Source of the DNA: Mesotaenium endlicherianum
Lineage: Eukaryota
DNA length: 64,000 nt
NCBI GenBank assembly: GCA_009602735.1
Contig: WELA01002777.1
Span: forward strand, 89,680 to 153,679
Direction: 5' to 3'
The position numbers were made by a program, and so were the translations under genes. Shown in pieces: positions 25,999 through 38,162 of the stretch (within the stretch, counting starts at the first letter, position 1; the number at the start of each line of letters is the position of its first letter). Under the pieces are notes generated by a model that worked only from the letters and a program-made list of their open reading frames with translations, did no database searches and had not been told where the DNA came from.

Positions 25999-26032
25999 GT
26001 GGAATCGGAGCGGTTATCACAATCTTCTTTGT

Positions 26033-27511
26033 ATGGTAAGGACAAGGTCTCAAACTAGCAACTCCCGAGACATGGAGAACCAGGATAACGAGAATGTCAA
26101 AAACCAGGCGGAAAGCCATGTAGCGGGAACCCGTACCTATTCTGAAGCAATGGCAGATACTGCAGCTAGAGAGGCTGCAGATGAGGCAGCTGCTATTGTC
26201 GCAGTCGCAGCACAGCAGGCTGAGGAGGAGAGAGCCAGATTAGAAGTTGAACAATTAGCAAAGGCTGCCGAAGAGACAGAAAGGAGGGAAGGACAGCCAG
26301 CGGACGAGCGCACTGTCGAAGAACTTATGGCATCAAGGGCCAATGTTCTGAACCCACCTCCTGCTGTACAACTCAATGTGCCCCTAGGTCAAATTTGTGA
26401 CCGGCTGAATGCAGCAGGAATTGCTGCTGCAGGAGCAAGAGGGACTGTTGAGGACACTACTCAACGAGTGGATGCTACTGCTACTGCTGCATTTGCTAGA
26501 CTCCCACCTCAGAGTGTGGATTTGGAAGCATTGTTCGTGCAAATGCAATCGCAAATGGCGAGCATGTATCAATCCCAACAGGAGGACAAAAGAATCATAA
26601 TGTCTCTGCTGCGGGACAGACTCCAACTGGGTTCTCAAACCACTGGTGGTGGTGGCAGAGGGCCTAGTAAGTCCCAGCCGAAACCTCCCCAAGATTATGA
26701 TCCTGAGGGGAACAAAAAGTATTATCTGATCAAGTTTCTCGCTGATGTTGAGCAGTGGCTGGCGAACTACCCAAAACTGCAGGATTACGAGAAGGTCAGG
26801 CACACTTGTGCTCTACTGAAAGGCAGTGCAGCAGACTGGTGGCTGTATTGGAAAGGAGAGCGTAAGGCTCAACAACTCGGTGACCCTACTTGGGTAGAGT
26901 TTGTCGAGAAACTGCATGAGAAGTTTGATGTGATCAATCAGCAGGAGAAAGCTATCTATGCGATGATCTCCTTGACACTGAAGCAGACCACTTCAGTTGC
27001 TGAGTTTGCTCAAAAGTTTCAGGAGAAAATGATAAAGCAGCCAGACTTGCCAGAGCAGTATAGGATAGCATACTTCAGGCATGGCATAAAATCCGAAGTC
27101 TCTGTCCATTTTGCTGAAAAGAAGTATGAGAAACCGGCTGACTTGATCCAGGATGCTGTTGCCTGGGATCAGCAGCAGTTCAGTCACAAGCGCCAGAGTA
27201 ATGCTTTGGTATGTAAGGTTGTCAAAAAGCCCCACGGTTCCTACAATGCAATTGAAGGAGACCAAGCTGAGGACGATCAGGGTGATGAATATGAGTATGA
27301 GTATAATGCTATGCAGTCTAGAGGGAGAGATGGTTTCCCTCGAGGCGGTTATGGAAGAGGTGGTGGTAGGACTAAGCCGAGACCAGCCTCAGCAAAATCT
27401 ATCTGCTTCCATTGCCAGCAGACGGGTCACTTCAGAGAGCAGTGTCCAGTCCAGCACCTCCCAAAGGTCGAGAGAAAAGACCAGCCTTTAAAAGACAGCA
27501 ACAGTCAGTAA
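26033..27511 (+). CDS. gag: Family-A Gag (492 aa), copy A1
   Basis: Retrotrans_gag-like LKGSAADWW...W.EF...L..KF...L.Q..SV.EF and zinc knuckle CFHCQQTGHFREQC. Confidence 0.9.
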   Translation: MVRTRSQTSNSRDMENQDNENVKNQAESHVAGTRTYSEAMADTAAREAADEAAAIVAVAAQQAEEERARLEVEQLAKAAEETERREGQPADERTVEELMASRANVLNPPPAVQLNVPLGQICDRLNAAGIAAAGARGTVEDTTQRVDATATAAFARLPPQSVDLEALFVQMQSQMASMYQSQQEDKRIIMSLLRDRLQLGSQTTGGGGRGPSKSQPKPPQDYDPEGNKKYYLIKFLADVEQWLANYPKLQDYEKVRHTCALLKGSAADWWLYWKGERKAQQLGDPTWVEFVEKLHEKFDVINQQEKAIYAMISLTLKQTTSVAEFAQKFQEKMIKQPDLPEQYRIAYFRHGIKSEVSVHFAEKKYEKPADLIQDAVAWDQQQFSHKRQSNALVCKVVKKPHGSYNAIEGDQAEDDQGDEYEYEYNAMQSRGRDGFPRGGYGRGGGRTKPRPASAKSICFHCQQTGHFREQCPVQHLPKVERKDQPLKDSNSQ

Positions 27512-28316
27512 TTCAGTCTACTGACTGTGAGGATGCTGGAGATAGTGAGTCGTCACTAGCTGCCCTCGTAGCAGGTATAATGGGTCGTGTTGAACTGGAT
27601 TCACTATGCATGCCTGATTACCAAATAAAGCAGACCATCAGCAATATAAATCTCCAGCAAGTGCACACTCTCGATGATCGTGTTCCACCTGATGTCCAAC
27701 ATTTCTTTGCTAAGTCAGGAGAACAATGCGAAAGTCAGGAAAAGACAGTCCCCCCTATCCTACTGCATTGCATGATTGTAGGTAGGAAGGTGAGGGCATT
27801 TGTTGACGGAGGGGCGTCACATACTTTCATCCATAAGAACTTAGTTAAGCGGCTAAGACTGCCGATTGTCACCCAAGGGAATAGAAAGATAGTGCTTGGA
27901 GATGCCTCAAGTATCCCGGGAGGAATTATAACCAAGCTTATTGAGGTCCATTTACGTTCTGGCATTGCAATTCTAACTGAAACGCTTGCATTTGAGGTAC
28001 TCAACACTAGCTTTTATGATCTCGTGCTAGGAAGGTCCTGGCTTAACAGACATCAAGCTAAAGTGTGTTGGAGCAGAGGTACAGTTAAAGTGAGAGGAGC
28101 CAATGATGGGCAGACTAACTTGGCACCCACCAGTGCTCTTCCTCTTGTCCTGTATGGATGGCAAATGAAGGAAAAGAAGAAGCTTCCAGGAGGATGCAAA
28201 TTGCTGAATGCAATGGAGTTCATCGAAAGCTGGACCAGAAGGAAGACAGAATGTTCTGTCTGGTGCTAAAAGAGGTACCTCCTCAACCCAAAGAAGTGGT
28301 TGAGAAAAAGGTGAGC
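27487..28316 (+). pseudogene. pol: Family-A pol 5' fragment (aspartic protease), truncated by an inverted family-A insertion
   Basis: [12 protein letters not shown] and DLVLGRSWL. Similarity to the full-length copy stops abruptly at 28316. Confidence 0.85.
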
Positions 28317-29036
28317 TGAAATGAATCGACTTACCAAATAGGCGATTAACAATTAATGAAGATCTTTATATCAACAAGTAATCTTTATAGTAATTTCTGT
28401 TAACTGGTTAAACGGCAAAGGACAACACACTAGCAGTGAATAATACTCGTAAGTCAAATGCGAGTAAACTAGCATCAATAATGCAAATCAGTAAACTCAT
28501 ACATAAGCAAGGTTAGAAGACAGTGCATATCAATGGCTTCTCGCCTTGGATTCAGATCGCTCTCAGTAAGCTGTACAAGAGAGTTGGCCTCGTTTCTGAA
28601 TGTTGAACTCGAGAGCAATGCCTAGCATATGTACATGGAATGAGTTTACTGTTCAACGGTCAGTGCGATGGCACCTCCTACCCGGGAGTTAACCACGTTG
28701 GTAGGACCTCGGTTAACCAAATCCACCGCCATCTCCCATCATCCCGAATAGCCATCCATCATAGGGATGTCATCTGGCCATTCATCTAGCATATCGCACT
28801 TAGATGCATATCAAGGCAGTTCGCTGTTACCGAGTACGGAAGTCAGCTGGCTGTCAAAGAATGTGTCAGCAAACTGACTTATATGGACTTCAGCCTGCTG
28901 CTTCCGGCTGAGTCATTAAAAAGATAATTATGTAAAGTCCAGCAGACTAACTATAAACTAAAGTTCAGCAGGCTGAACTAAATTAACTATTATATTTAAA
29001 TGAATATTATATCTACTAATATATTGATTCATTACA
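28317..29036 (-). mobile_element. Family-A copy A2, 3' LTR (inverted)
   Basis: Reverse complement of the A LTR, with the PPT AAGTTGGAGGGAT adjacent at 29037-29049. Confidence 0.9.
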
Positions 29037-29149
29037 ATCCCTCCAACTTAACTTGTTGTCGCCTCGACAACATTAAACTGCAAAAGCCTTAAATAAAGGA
29101 ACTGACCCTGACCAGCCTCCCCTACTGACTGCCTTTTCAGCCTGTCACC

Positions 29150-29955
29150 TTAAGGGGTTGTTCCTGGGGCTTCAGGATCAGGAGACGGAGATCTGGACCT
29201 AGATCTGGACAGCCCTCTAGGTCTGTCAGCTGGCCTTCTAAAGAACCCTGTTTGCTCTAAAGTTGGACCTCGAGGAGAACAAAGGATGGTAGCCTGCTCT
29301 TCACCCACTTGGGTGTTGATCCCCACATAGACAGGCATTCCAGTAGGATGCTGAAATACATTGGCTAGAGGTACATGCCTCTGAGCGGAGGGGGGGGCCG
29401 GCATACCTCTGGCCCACCCGCGTGTCCCTCTTTTAGCACCCCTGTCCTCTGGGGATTTCTGCCTGTGTCTGCTGCCCAGTACAGTCAGATCAGCTTCTTC
29501 CCCTGCTTGGGCAGGTGGGCTGGGGGAGCGAGCGCGGGGTCCAGTTGTCGCCATAACGGGGATCACATTCCACACACCTGATCGTGGTTCTTTAGGAAGT
29601 GCCACTGCCTGTCCCTGGGTATCCTGAGTACCTGCTGCTGATGCTTCTCCTCTGCCTTGTTCTTCTTCCTCATCCTCCTCATCCTCCTCCTCGGAGAGAG
29701 TAGGGGTCTCGTCCACTAAGTCGTCCTGCTCCCTAGTAGACATGGAGTAGTCTACCGACCTCCCTTTCTTAGGGCGCGCTAGAGGTTGCTTGGCCTTCAG
29801 CCTGCTGATATCTATCCGGCCTGCATTCTTTGCCCATTTGACAAAGGCATGCTTTCCCTTAGAGAAGTACTCTCTTCCCCTCCTCCTATGTTCCTTGGTC
29901 TCTGCATTCATATTGCTCAGGCATCCATTCAGCCTGGGGTCCCAAGGGGCAATGT
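29150..29955 (-). pseudogene. C-terminal half of the family-A extra ORF (variant 1), copy A2
   Basis: IAPWDPRLNG...PEAPGTTP is nearly identical to 59608-60410. The 5' part is replaced by family-B LTR sequence. Confidence 0.9.
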
Positions 29956-31535
29956 TCATGACGAAAGCATCTGTACGCAACTCCGCGATCAATCGCGACT
30001 TTTTCGGAAATTCGCGAGAACGCGAAAACGCCCGTTTGGCGCGAAACGGGTTTTTGGAAACCGTCGAAAAGTCTCCAAACGGCCAACTGCGCGTTTCGAG
30101 CATTCGGCCGAATGGGACACGTCCCTTCGACCGTTTTCGTTGAACATGAACCAATGCCCTAGGTGGTGACTCGAAGCACTCCAGTGCCTCATGTTGTGCA
30201 GGTATAAATACCTGCAGAGTCATTGTGTGTGGAACTCTCACAAGCACACATTCTACGTTAGTTTTCACTTTTGCTCTTTCGAGTATTCGTCAATTTCCAC
30301 AAGTATACAGATTTTCCTTCCACTTGAATTAAATATTCCTTGAATACCGAGGAAAGATCCTCTCAAAAAGCAGAAACGTCACATTGGTATCGGAGCCGAT
30401 CTCGGTTTCTCTAAGGAATTTTATTTTTTTTAGTGAGTGGAATATATTTTGGGGCAATTTTTCGTATTGGGAAGGTCACCCATCCCAGTACTGCCCTGAC
30501 CCCCCGGCCGCTTATCGTGTTTCGACGGGAAAAATTTTTCTCTCTCTTCCGGCGCTATCTCGGCTTCCATGTGGAGGGCGACAATGGTGCCGCTGCGACT
30601 GCTGCCGCTGCTGTCGCCGCCGCTGCAGCTGCTCTTCCCGCTCCTGTCGTCACCAGTAGCGATGCTGGAGGATTGCCCGCCGAGCCAATCTCGCCGCGCA
30701 CTTTCCAGCAAACCATTTTACAACGCTTCACGGCCTTGACGACTGACAGTCAAACCATGACAATGGCACTTAGTACTTTGTCCGACGTCATTGGTCGTTC
30801 AAAAGACCATGTTAACCTTGCTGAAGCCACTCATACTGAGTTGGCCGACCTTGTCACTCGCTTTGTTGCTGCCATGGACACTCACCCTTCGATTGGTCCT
30901 TTTTAACAGGCTGCCCAAGGGATGCCGGGCCCATCAGGGATTGCAGGCGACAACGCCAACACGCCAATCTCGCCCATCATCCTTGGGCACCCGATATAAA
31001 TATACTTCAAAACGCATATATTTGTATGCCAGTGTTGAGCTTTGCTGACTTCTTGGAACTCGCGTGCATCCATGATACCATGTTCTTGCACTTTCAGCCG
31101 CATGATCCTAACCTTGCCAAGTGTTACGAACACTTATCTCGCTTACGGAAAACGCACAAGTGTCTTGCACCAATATATATTGCTGCATTCACACATGTTC
31201 GCGCGTACTTTGACCTGATTACTCGGTTTCGCGCAAGGACAGCAATGCAAAATGAGATTTTGGTATAGGACCTCCATATTTCCCACATTCCTCTCAAGGC
31301 GAGGACGTTGCTGGTGATGCATTATGCTTCTATGGGATTAAGTATGACATTTGAAACGAAAGTTTCAGGTAAATCGTGCTTTACAATCATTGATTCAGGC
31401 GCGTCAGTAAGCTTCATTAGTGCACGTTTTGCACAAGGGATGAAGTTGTTTCCAATACTCAAGGACGAGACTCTTCGCCTTGGCGATGGCTCGTTAACTT
31501 GCATTACTGGAATGCTTAAATTACCGCTCAGCGTG
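29956..31535 (+). mobile_element. Family-B copy B1 fragment: 3' part of the 5' LTR (to 30383), PBS (30385-30397), gag start, internal deletion, protease
   Basis: The LTR part aligns with 45667-46097. PBS TGGTATCGGAGCC. IIDSGASVSFIS protease motif homologous to 41330-41510. Confidence 0.8.
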
Positions 31536-32394
31536 TGAAATGAATCGACTTACCAAATAGGCAATTAACAATTCATAAAGATCTTTATATCAGCAAGTAA
31601 TCTTTATGGTATTTTCCGTTAACTGGTTAAACGGCAAAGGACAACACACTAGCAGGGAATAATACTCGTAAGTCAAATGCGAGTAAACTAGCATCAATAA
31701 TGCAATCAGTAAACTCATACATAAGCAAGGTTAGAAGACAGTGCGTATCAATGGCTTCTCGCCTTGGATTCAGATCTCTCTCAGTAAGCTGTACAAGAGA
31801 GTTGGCCTCGTTTCCGAATGCCGAACTCGAAAGCAATGCCTAGCATATGTACATGGAATGAGTTTACTGTTCAACGGCCAGTGCGATGGCACCGCCTACC
31901 CGGGAGTTAACCACGTTGGTAGGACCTCGGTTAACCAAATCCACCGCCATCTCCCATCATCCCGAATTGCCATCCATCATAGGGATGTCATCTGGCCATC
32001 TATCTAGCATACCACACTTAGATGCATATCGAGGCAATTCGTTGCTACCGAGTACGGAAGTCAGCTGGCTGTCAAAGAATGTGTCAGCAAGCTGACTTAA
32101 GCTGACTTCAGCCTGCTGCTTTCGGCTGAGTCATTAAACTGATATTAAATATAAAGTCCAGCAGACTGATTATTAACTAGAGTTCAGCAGGCTGAACTTA
32201 TTTAACTGTTAATATTATATCAACCAATATACTGATTCATTACAATCGCTCCAACTTAACATGTTGTCGCCTCGACAACACTGACACAGGGTACATAGGT
32301 TTCCCCAACTGAGAATACTGATCCCTCTCCCATCCAGCATGCTGTGCCCTTGGCCTTCCGCCCTTAGGAGGGAGATGCCCTTGGGGCCGTATGG

Positions 32395-34032
32395 TCAGGG
32401 GGAGTCAGTCCTCCTCCTGTCTTGGGGTCTTCTGAAGCCTGTCAGAGAGGGAGGTTCCGTGTAAGGACCCGGCGGAGAACGCAGTAATTGTGCTGTTTCG
32501 TCCTGCACGGTCTGAAACTGAATGGAGGCAGCCTTCTCCTGGGCATCCCTCAAATTGACTGGTACATATACCGGCATCCCAAAAGGATGTTGCATGACAT
32601 GAGCTAAGGGTACATGCCCTCTCTGCAAGGGAGATGCCGGCAGGCCTCTTGCTATTTCTCTAGCAGCCCTCCTGTCTGCCCTGTTTGACTGGGTCTCCGT
32701 GCCTGGAGATGGGCTCTGTCCTTTGGCAGTTCCCAACCAAGTGATATCCTCCTCTTCAGCGAGTTGCTGCAGGGCCAACCCCGTCTTTTCCCTTACAGGG
32801 GATGTGGCAGGTGTCAGGATCACGGCGGGGCTAGTGTCCTCCTCCTCGCCTTCCTCCTCGTCTTCCTCTGACTCCTCCTCCTCTCCGTCCCCGGGTTTCT
32901 CTGAGACTTCTGGGGTCTCCTCTGTCAGCTGCTCCAGCTCTTTCCGAGAAAAAGAATATCCCACTGACCTTCCCCTTTTGGGTGCTGGTGGGGGTTGCTG
33001 AGTCCGGACCGCATACAGGTCCTTTTCCCCCTGCTTGCTTGCCCATTTGGCATAAGCGTGCTTCCCTTTTGAGAATGACTCTCGGGCCCTGCTTCTGTCC
33101 CCCTGCATCTCTTGGCTCATGCAGTCTCTGACTCCATCCAATCTTGGGTCCCAAGCCGCAAAGTGAGGGGGCAATACTATGTTCCCCTTTAGGTCTGTCA
33201 GGAATTCCTCATCCGTCGCCCTGTCATTCTGCTGATCCCTCATGTTGATGGTCATCCACCGCCAATTGGTGGGCTTTTGGAAGAAGGCAGGCTCTGTCGT
33301 TTTAAGAGTACAAGGGTACCAGTGCCCTGCAAAGTCTAGCTGACTGGTTTCCCTGGCCAAGAACTCCCAGCTTCTCCTCTCCACCTCATTATACATGGCC
33401 TTGAACCGGTTATGGGGTGTAGAGTCCTTAAAGCTGTCCGCGTCCATGGGGATCATCCTGATGACCCTATCTTCCCCCCAGATACCAGGAATCGATACAG
33501 TCCGTGCTTCGTTCACCTGGGCCATTGCCTTGGCCTCTCTGACCGTATATCCTACCATCCTGGCGTGATCGTGGTAGAGGAGGAGCCCTGTGCCGACCTC
33601 TATATACTTGTCAAAATTTTCGGATGTCTCCCCTTCCCTCTGAAGGATTTCCTTCTGCGACTCACTGCGACTTCTTTGTGCATACTTGAAGGCCTCCTCC
33701 AGTAGATCAAAGCCCTTGCCCAGCACTGTGTAGCGGTAGCTGCTGATTCTCCTCTGTTCTTCTTCTTCGGCCTGTTGCTTCCGCTTCTCCTCAGCTTGCC
33801 TCTCCTCCTCTGCTTTCTTGGCCTCCTCTGCAGCTTTTCTGTCCATTTCTTCCTGCCTCAGTCTGGCCTGTTCCTCCTCCTCCTTCTTCTTCTGTGCCTC
33901 CCGCTGTTGTTGGAGTCGTTGTGATTCCCGAGCGGAGATGGAGGATGATTCGATGTCTCCACGGAATTGCAAGTATTTTGCAAGTGCCTCTTCCGCCCTT
34001 CTCTTCCTCTTGAGTTCCGACTTTTGAGTCAT
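32395..34032 (-). CDS. Family-A extra 3' ORF, variant 2 (545 aa from MTQKSEL), function unknown
   Basis: Uninterrupted ORF that aligns by eye end to end with 58734-60410 (YRYTV, MVGYT, DSFKD, YNEVERRSWE.LARE, WRWMT, LPPH.A.WDPRL, FSKGKHA, GHVPLA, QHP.GMPVYV). Confidence 0.85.
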   Translation of the reverse strand: MTQKSELKRKRRAEEALAKYLQFRGDIESSSISARESQRLQQQREAQKKKEEEEQARLRQEEMDRKAAEEAKKAEEERQAEEKRKQQAEEEEQRRISSYRYTVLGKGFDLLEEAFKYAQRSRSESQKEILQREGETSENFDKYIEVGTGLLLYHDHARMVGYTVREAKAMAQVNEARTVSIPGIWGEDRVIRMIPMDADSFKDSTPHNRFKAMYNEVERRSWEFLARETSQLDFAGHWYPCTLKTTEPAFFQKPTNWRWMTINMRDQQNDRATDEEFLTDLKGNIVLPPHFAAWDPRLDGVRDCMSQEMQGDRSRARESFSKGKHAYAKWASKQGEKDLYAVRTQQPPPAPKRGRSVGYSFSRKELEQLTEETPEVSEKPGDGEEEESEEDEEEGEEEDTSPAVILTPATSPVREKTGLALQQLAEEEDITWLGTAKGQSPSPGTETQSNRADRRAAREIARGLPASPLQRGHVPLAHVMQHPFGMPVYVPVNLRDAQEKAASIQFQTVQDETAQLLRSPPGPYTEPPSLTGFRRPQDRRRTDSP

Positions 34033-34380
34033 CCTGCTCAATCATAAACACAATGCAGTTAGTGAAGTCATGATATTTTGCCGCTACTGAGTGCCCTTGA
34101 TGAAGAGGAACGCGATCGGGAGAGGTCCTAGTGTGAAATACCTGGTGTGAGTGAATATACGGGAAAATCGAGTTAGAGAGAAAGTGAGTGAGAGCGCAGG
34201 TTGAGTGTGTTATATGGTTATCAGAGATTTTCCGGTTGATCCCAAAACATAATACCACTCCCTCCAACTTAATTTTAAAGGTGGGCTGCCTGTCACAACT
34301 GTCACTATTTGTCACATCCCCCTCCAACTTACATGGAGACAGGACCTCCTGTCACCTTCCCAGGTCTGCTGAAGGGACAG

Positions 34381-37300
34381 TTAGGGCGGTGCCCCAGCCG
34401 CCCGAAGGTGGAACCGTTTCAACGCCCCTTTGGCATTGGTCAGCTGGTCTTTAAACTCCCAAGTGTCCCCAGAGGCATCGTAACCCTTCCATCGGATGAG
34501 GTACTTCATGACATATTTAGACGATCGACGGACCGAGCGAGCGTCTAAAATCTCATCGACCTCATATTCCTCAGGGTCGCCGTCCCGGACAGCGGGGACC
34601 GGTCCCGGTTGGACAGGGAACCGACCTGTGAACAGTGTATCACCTTTGATGTATGGTTCCAGGAAGGAGACATTAAAGACCGGGTGATCCTTGTAGTCCG
34701 CTGACATGTTCAGTTTGTAAGCATTCTGACTGACACGACGCACTACCGAATATGGACCGACCCACACAGGGCCAAGCTTTTTCTTGACCACACCAGGGAG
34801 GTACAGGTGCTGAGAATGCAATTTGACTGAATCGCCCTTAGAAAATGTCAGCTCCCAACGGTGTTGATTAGCGTATTTTTGTTGGTTTTCTTGGGCTTTG
34901 TGCAGGTTTTGTTGGACTTCTGACAGGGTGTCAGCAAACTCCTGAGTTAACTGGAGGGAGACCGGGTTGTCAATCCCTTCAGGGTGAGTTAAAGATTCCC
35001 CTAGCACATCTAGAGGAGACTTAGGGACTCTACCCAGGCTGAGTTCAAAAGGAGTCTTGCCCGTTGACGCGTGCACCGCACTGTTGACCGCAAACTGAAT
35101 TTGAGGCAACAGGTCATCCCAATTATCTTGTTTTTGGTTAATATATGCTCTCAGCACCTCCTGCAGAACTTGGTTAGTTTGTTCAGTCTGCCCATCAGTG
35201 TGAGGGTGGTTTGTTGTGCTGAGCAGCTGTTTGACTCCCATTAACCCCATTAAAGCTCTCCAGAACTTAGCGGTAAATTTTGAGTCTCGGTCTGAGATGA
35301 TATTAGAGGGTAGTCCATGTTGGCATACTACATGGTTGTAGAACTGTCTTGCTGTTTCGAGTGCAATTACTTTGACAGTTGTGGGGATGAAAATGACCAT
35401 TTTTGTCAGTTTATCCACGACTACCAGTATCGAATCATGCCCATTAGCAGTTCGTGGAAGTGTGACCACCCATTAATATAGTTTCCCAGCGTCCCGCTGG
35501 GATGGGCAGCGGTTGCAAGAGACCTCCCGGTGGTGTGTGCCTAGACTTATTTCATTGACACAGATCACAGGACTTCACATATTTCAAGACCTCTCGTGGC
35601 AACCCCTCCCAATGATATTGTCTCGCCAGTTTGCCAACAGTTTTGGCCTGCCCCAAATGCCCACCCAATAAACTGTCATGTGGTTGACTCAATAAAAGGG
35701 ACCTTATTTCCAAGTTATTAGGAATGACCAGCTTCAACCTGCCTGAAGTGGTTTCAGTCACCCAGACCTCTCCCTTAAGTTTATGCCCGAGTGCAGTAGC
35801 ACGACACACACCAGTAGTAGGGCTGGGCTTAAATGTTGGGTCAGAAAGGTAGGCTTTCCTAAGTTGTTCAAGGAAGGACTGTTTCACCTTTAGTGAAGTG
35901 AGTGCACACAGGACTTTATCTACAGCCTGATGACTAAAGTTCCTCTCTTGCAAGTCAGGTCTTCTAGAGAGTGCATCAGCGAGATTCAATCTGGACTTGA
36001 AACTGCTCCAGCATCTGGCTCCAGCGGTTCTCCCTCCTCGACAGCTTGGACTTCTTCTGAAAGTGGGTCAGAGCTAGATGATCTGTAATCACCTTAAAGG
36101 CTTTACCATGTAAGTATGCTCTCCACTGTTTGAGCACATGAATGATAGCTAGCAGCTCTTTATCATGCACTGAGTAATTAATCTCCGCTGGATTAAATTT
36201 CATAGACTCATACAACACAGGATGCCACTCCTGCCGTACCTTACCATCCTTTGTGGTTTTGTCAGCAGGCTGCAACAAAATAGCACCCATGGCAAAATCA
36301 GAGGCATCAGTAACCACCTGCACCGGTTTGCTGGGGTCATACACGGCTAGCACTGGGGCAGAACAAAGGGCATCTTTAAGGGTCTGGAAGGCAGCCTGCT
36401 GCTCCCCCCCCCACATATACCCTATGTCTTTTTTAGTAAAGTCAGTCAGTTTACTGGCCTTCGTGGAATAATTCTCAATAAATCTCCTATAGTAGTTAGC
36501 CAACCCGAGGAAGGATCTAACTTCAGAGACAGACTGTGGTACTGGCCAGTCCCTTACGGTGTGCACTTTCTTAGGGTCCACACTGATGCCCTCTTTGCTG
36601 ACAACGTGGCCTAAGAATTCGATATTTTCCTTAAAGAAATCACACTTGCTCATTTTAGCATATAACTGACTTCTTCGCAGAATGTCCATGACCGTCTTTA
36701 AGTGTTCAGCGTGCTGAGTCTCATCTTTAGAGAAAATTAAAATATCATCCAGGAAAACTTGCACAAATTTATCCAAATAAGGCCTGAAAATGTCATTCAT
36801 AGCACCCATGAAGGTTGCGGGAGCATTAGTCAGTCCGAATGGCATCACGTTGAACTCATAGTGTTCATAACGTGTGCGGAAGGCAGTCTTGTGTTCATCC
36901 CCCTCAGCAATTCTGATTGGTGATAACCACTCTTGAGATCTATCTTACTGAACACCTTAGCACCAGACAGGATATCAAGCAAGTCCTCAATTTTGGGTAA
37001 AGCATACTTGTTCTTTACCGTAATTCTGTTCAGGGCCCTGTAATCCACACACATCCGCATACTGCCATCCTTTTTCTTAACAAATAGGACGGGTGCGCCG
37101 TAAGGTGATTTACTGGGAAAAATATAACCATTTTCCTCAAGCTCGCAATCTGTTTTTTCCACTCCTCGCTCTCCACATAAGACAAGCCATACGTGCGTTG
37201 CCAGGGTGGCTAACTACCAGGTAATAAATCAATCCTATGATCTACTTCTTGTTTAAGGGGTAGTCCTGGAGGCATATTAAATACATCCGTGTACTGAGCA

Positions 37301-38162
37301 TCAATTTTTGCGGCAGTAGGGTGCTCCGGAGGGCTTACCTTTATCTCCACCACTTCTTCAGGTTGAGGAGGTACCTCTCTTAGCAGCAGACAGAATATTC
37401 TGTCTTCATTCTGGTTCCAGCTTTTGACGAACTCCATTGCATTCAGCAACTTGCATCCTTCTGGAAGCCTCTTCTTTTCCTTCATTTGCCATCCAAACAA
37501 GACAAGAGGAAGAGCACTGGTGGGTGCCAAGTCAGTCTGCCCATCACTGGCTCCTCTCACTTTAACTATACCTCTGCTCCATCACACTTCAGCTTGATGT
37601 CTATTAAGCCAGGACCTGCCTAGCACGAGATCATAAAAGCCAGTGTTGAGTTCCTCAAATGTAAGCGTTTCAGTTAGAACTACAATGCCAGAACCTAATT
37701 GGACCTCAATAGGCTTGGTTATAACTCCTCCGGGATACTTGAGGCATCTCCAAGGAATATTTTTCTATTCCTTAGGATGATAGTAGGCAGCCTTAGCCGC
37801 TTAACTAAGTCCTTGTGGATAAAAGTATGTGACGCCCCTCCGTCAACAAATGCCCTCACCTTCCTACCTGCAATCATGCAATGCAATAGGATAGGGGGGA
37901 CTGTCTTTTCCTGACTTTCGCATTGTTCTCCTGACGTAGCAAAGAATTGTTGGACATCAGGTGGAACAAGAGCATCCAGAGTGTGCACTCTCTAGACGTC
38001 TATATTGCTGATGATCTCCTTTATCTGGTTGTCAAGCATGCATAGTGAATCTAGTTCAGCAGGACCCATAATACCTGCTACGAGGGCAGCTAGTGACGAC
38101 TCACTATCTCTAGCATCCTCACGATCAGTAAACTGGATTACTGACTGTTGCTGTCTTTTAAA
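34381..38162 (-). pseudogene. pol: Family-A pol (PR-RT-RH-INT-chromodomain) with multiple stops and frameshifts, copy A3
   Basis: [31 protein letters not shown] and YEVDEILD...YLIRWKGY spread over several broken ORFs. Confidence 0.9.

Noticed and set aside
29150..30268. 372-aa ORF as a third extra-ORF variant with a new N-terminus
   Set aside because: The first ~105 aa are antisense family-B LTR sequence fused by a deletion junction near 29955.
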